From: Octopus sinensis
Taxonomy: Eukaryota
Direction: 5' to 3'
Length of the DNA stretch: 64,000 nucleotides
Assembly (NCBI RefSeq): GCF_006345805.1
Contig: NC_043006.1
Location: 103,974,001 to 104,038,000, forward strand
The notes below the pieces were generated by a model. That model had not been told where the DNA came from. It worked only from the letters and a program-made list of their open reading frames with translations, and made no database searches. A program made the translations under genes and the position numbers. Positions 63,254 through 64,000 of this stretch are shown here, piece by piece (the stretch's first letter is position 1; each line of letters starts with the position of its first letter).

Positions 63254-64000
63254 AAAACAAAGCGTTAATCATATTGTATGGAGATGAATGTCTCTCTTGA
63301 TGCTTGTTGGTACCTTGCAAACCATTTTGCAAATGGACCAAATTGAGGACTCAGTTTGCTTGAGTGCCGGGGATAATTTATTATGTGTTTTCTTGAGTGG
63401 ACAGCAAGATCACAAAACCAGAAGGACAGCTATGGTTTCCATTTAGAGCAGCAGCGTTTTGCCAGCTTGCCTTCAAACTTGTACGATGTTAGAATCGACT
63501 TTGCTCAAATTTTTGAACTGAGAAGAAGTAGGACTGGCGCCAGTTTCAGCGTTCTGATGCTTATAGTTTTAGTAGATTCATTTACTGAGTCCACGACAGT
63601 GACTCTCTTTCAATTTTGACGAATTTTCTGAAGGACAACACAACGATATCTATTCTTACTATTTTGAGTTTTATTACCTGATATTCTTGAACGCACGGCC
63701 AGAGAAGAAAATCTCCTTCGGTTCTCTCATTCTTGCTTGCTAAAGTTTCTCTTTCATCATAAAAACCACTAAATAGAGTAAATCCTGCCAATTGCTCATT
63801 TTTAGAAGGATTATGGACTCGGTTCAGAATATGATTATTTCGGTACGTGCCAACGGGTTCTCAACATAAGTCCGAAAGTCTGGTTACGGTCAGACTTAGA
63901 ACGAAGGCCCGCATGCAGATTTCATCAATATATGCGTACCTCCGACAGGGTAGCGGCTCAAATCTACCGAGAGGCAAAATGCGTTTTTGGATATCCATCC

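Noticed and set aside
63260-63800. More complex sequence after the gap as a coding relic
   Set aside because: Stops occur in the minus frames I read, and I could not recognise any motif.

Overview
AT-rich animal genomic DNA, extremely rich in microsatellites ((TA)n, (CA)n, (GATA)n, (GTAT)n, (TAA)n, (ACC)n). The repeat content looks like an octopus (coleoid cephalopod) genome; this is an inference from recognised repeat families, not a database match. I cannot support any host protein-coding exon or RNA gene, and nearly all long ORFs in the track are microsatellite translations. The window is a mosaic of mobile elements. (1) A 4.3-kb 5'-truncated Tx1/L1-clade LINE (APE, RT, CCHC; frameshifted) embedded in a (GATA)n tract. 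(2) A second, older Tx1 fragment. (3) A Dong/R4-like RLE fragment inside (TAA)n. (4) A full-length 1286-bp DD34D mariner and two mariner relics. (5) A four-copy GGATC-ended MITE family, three copies with 8-bp TSDs and one with a 17-bp duplication. (6) Pogo-like, hAT-like, Helitron and Helentron-like non-autonomous elements. (7) At least four tRNA-derived SINE families. (8) Many Penelope-like remnants carrying minimal hammerhead-ribozyme motifs. The most interesting points are a candidate (GATA)n-targeting Tx1 LINE whose 3' end is shared with a high-copy SINE (a LINE/SINE pair), a tRNA-headed element carrying a hammerhead, hammerhead core variants shared between copies, and several long fold-back hairpins. 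Boundaries of SINEs and degenerate repeats are approximate. There is a 100-N gap at 63154-63253.
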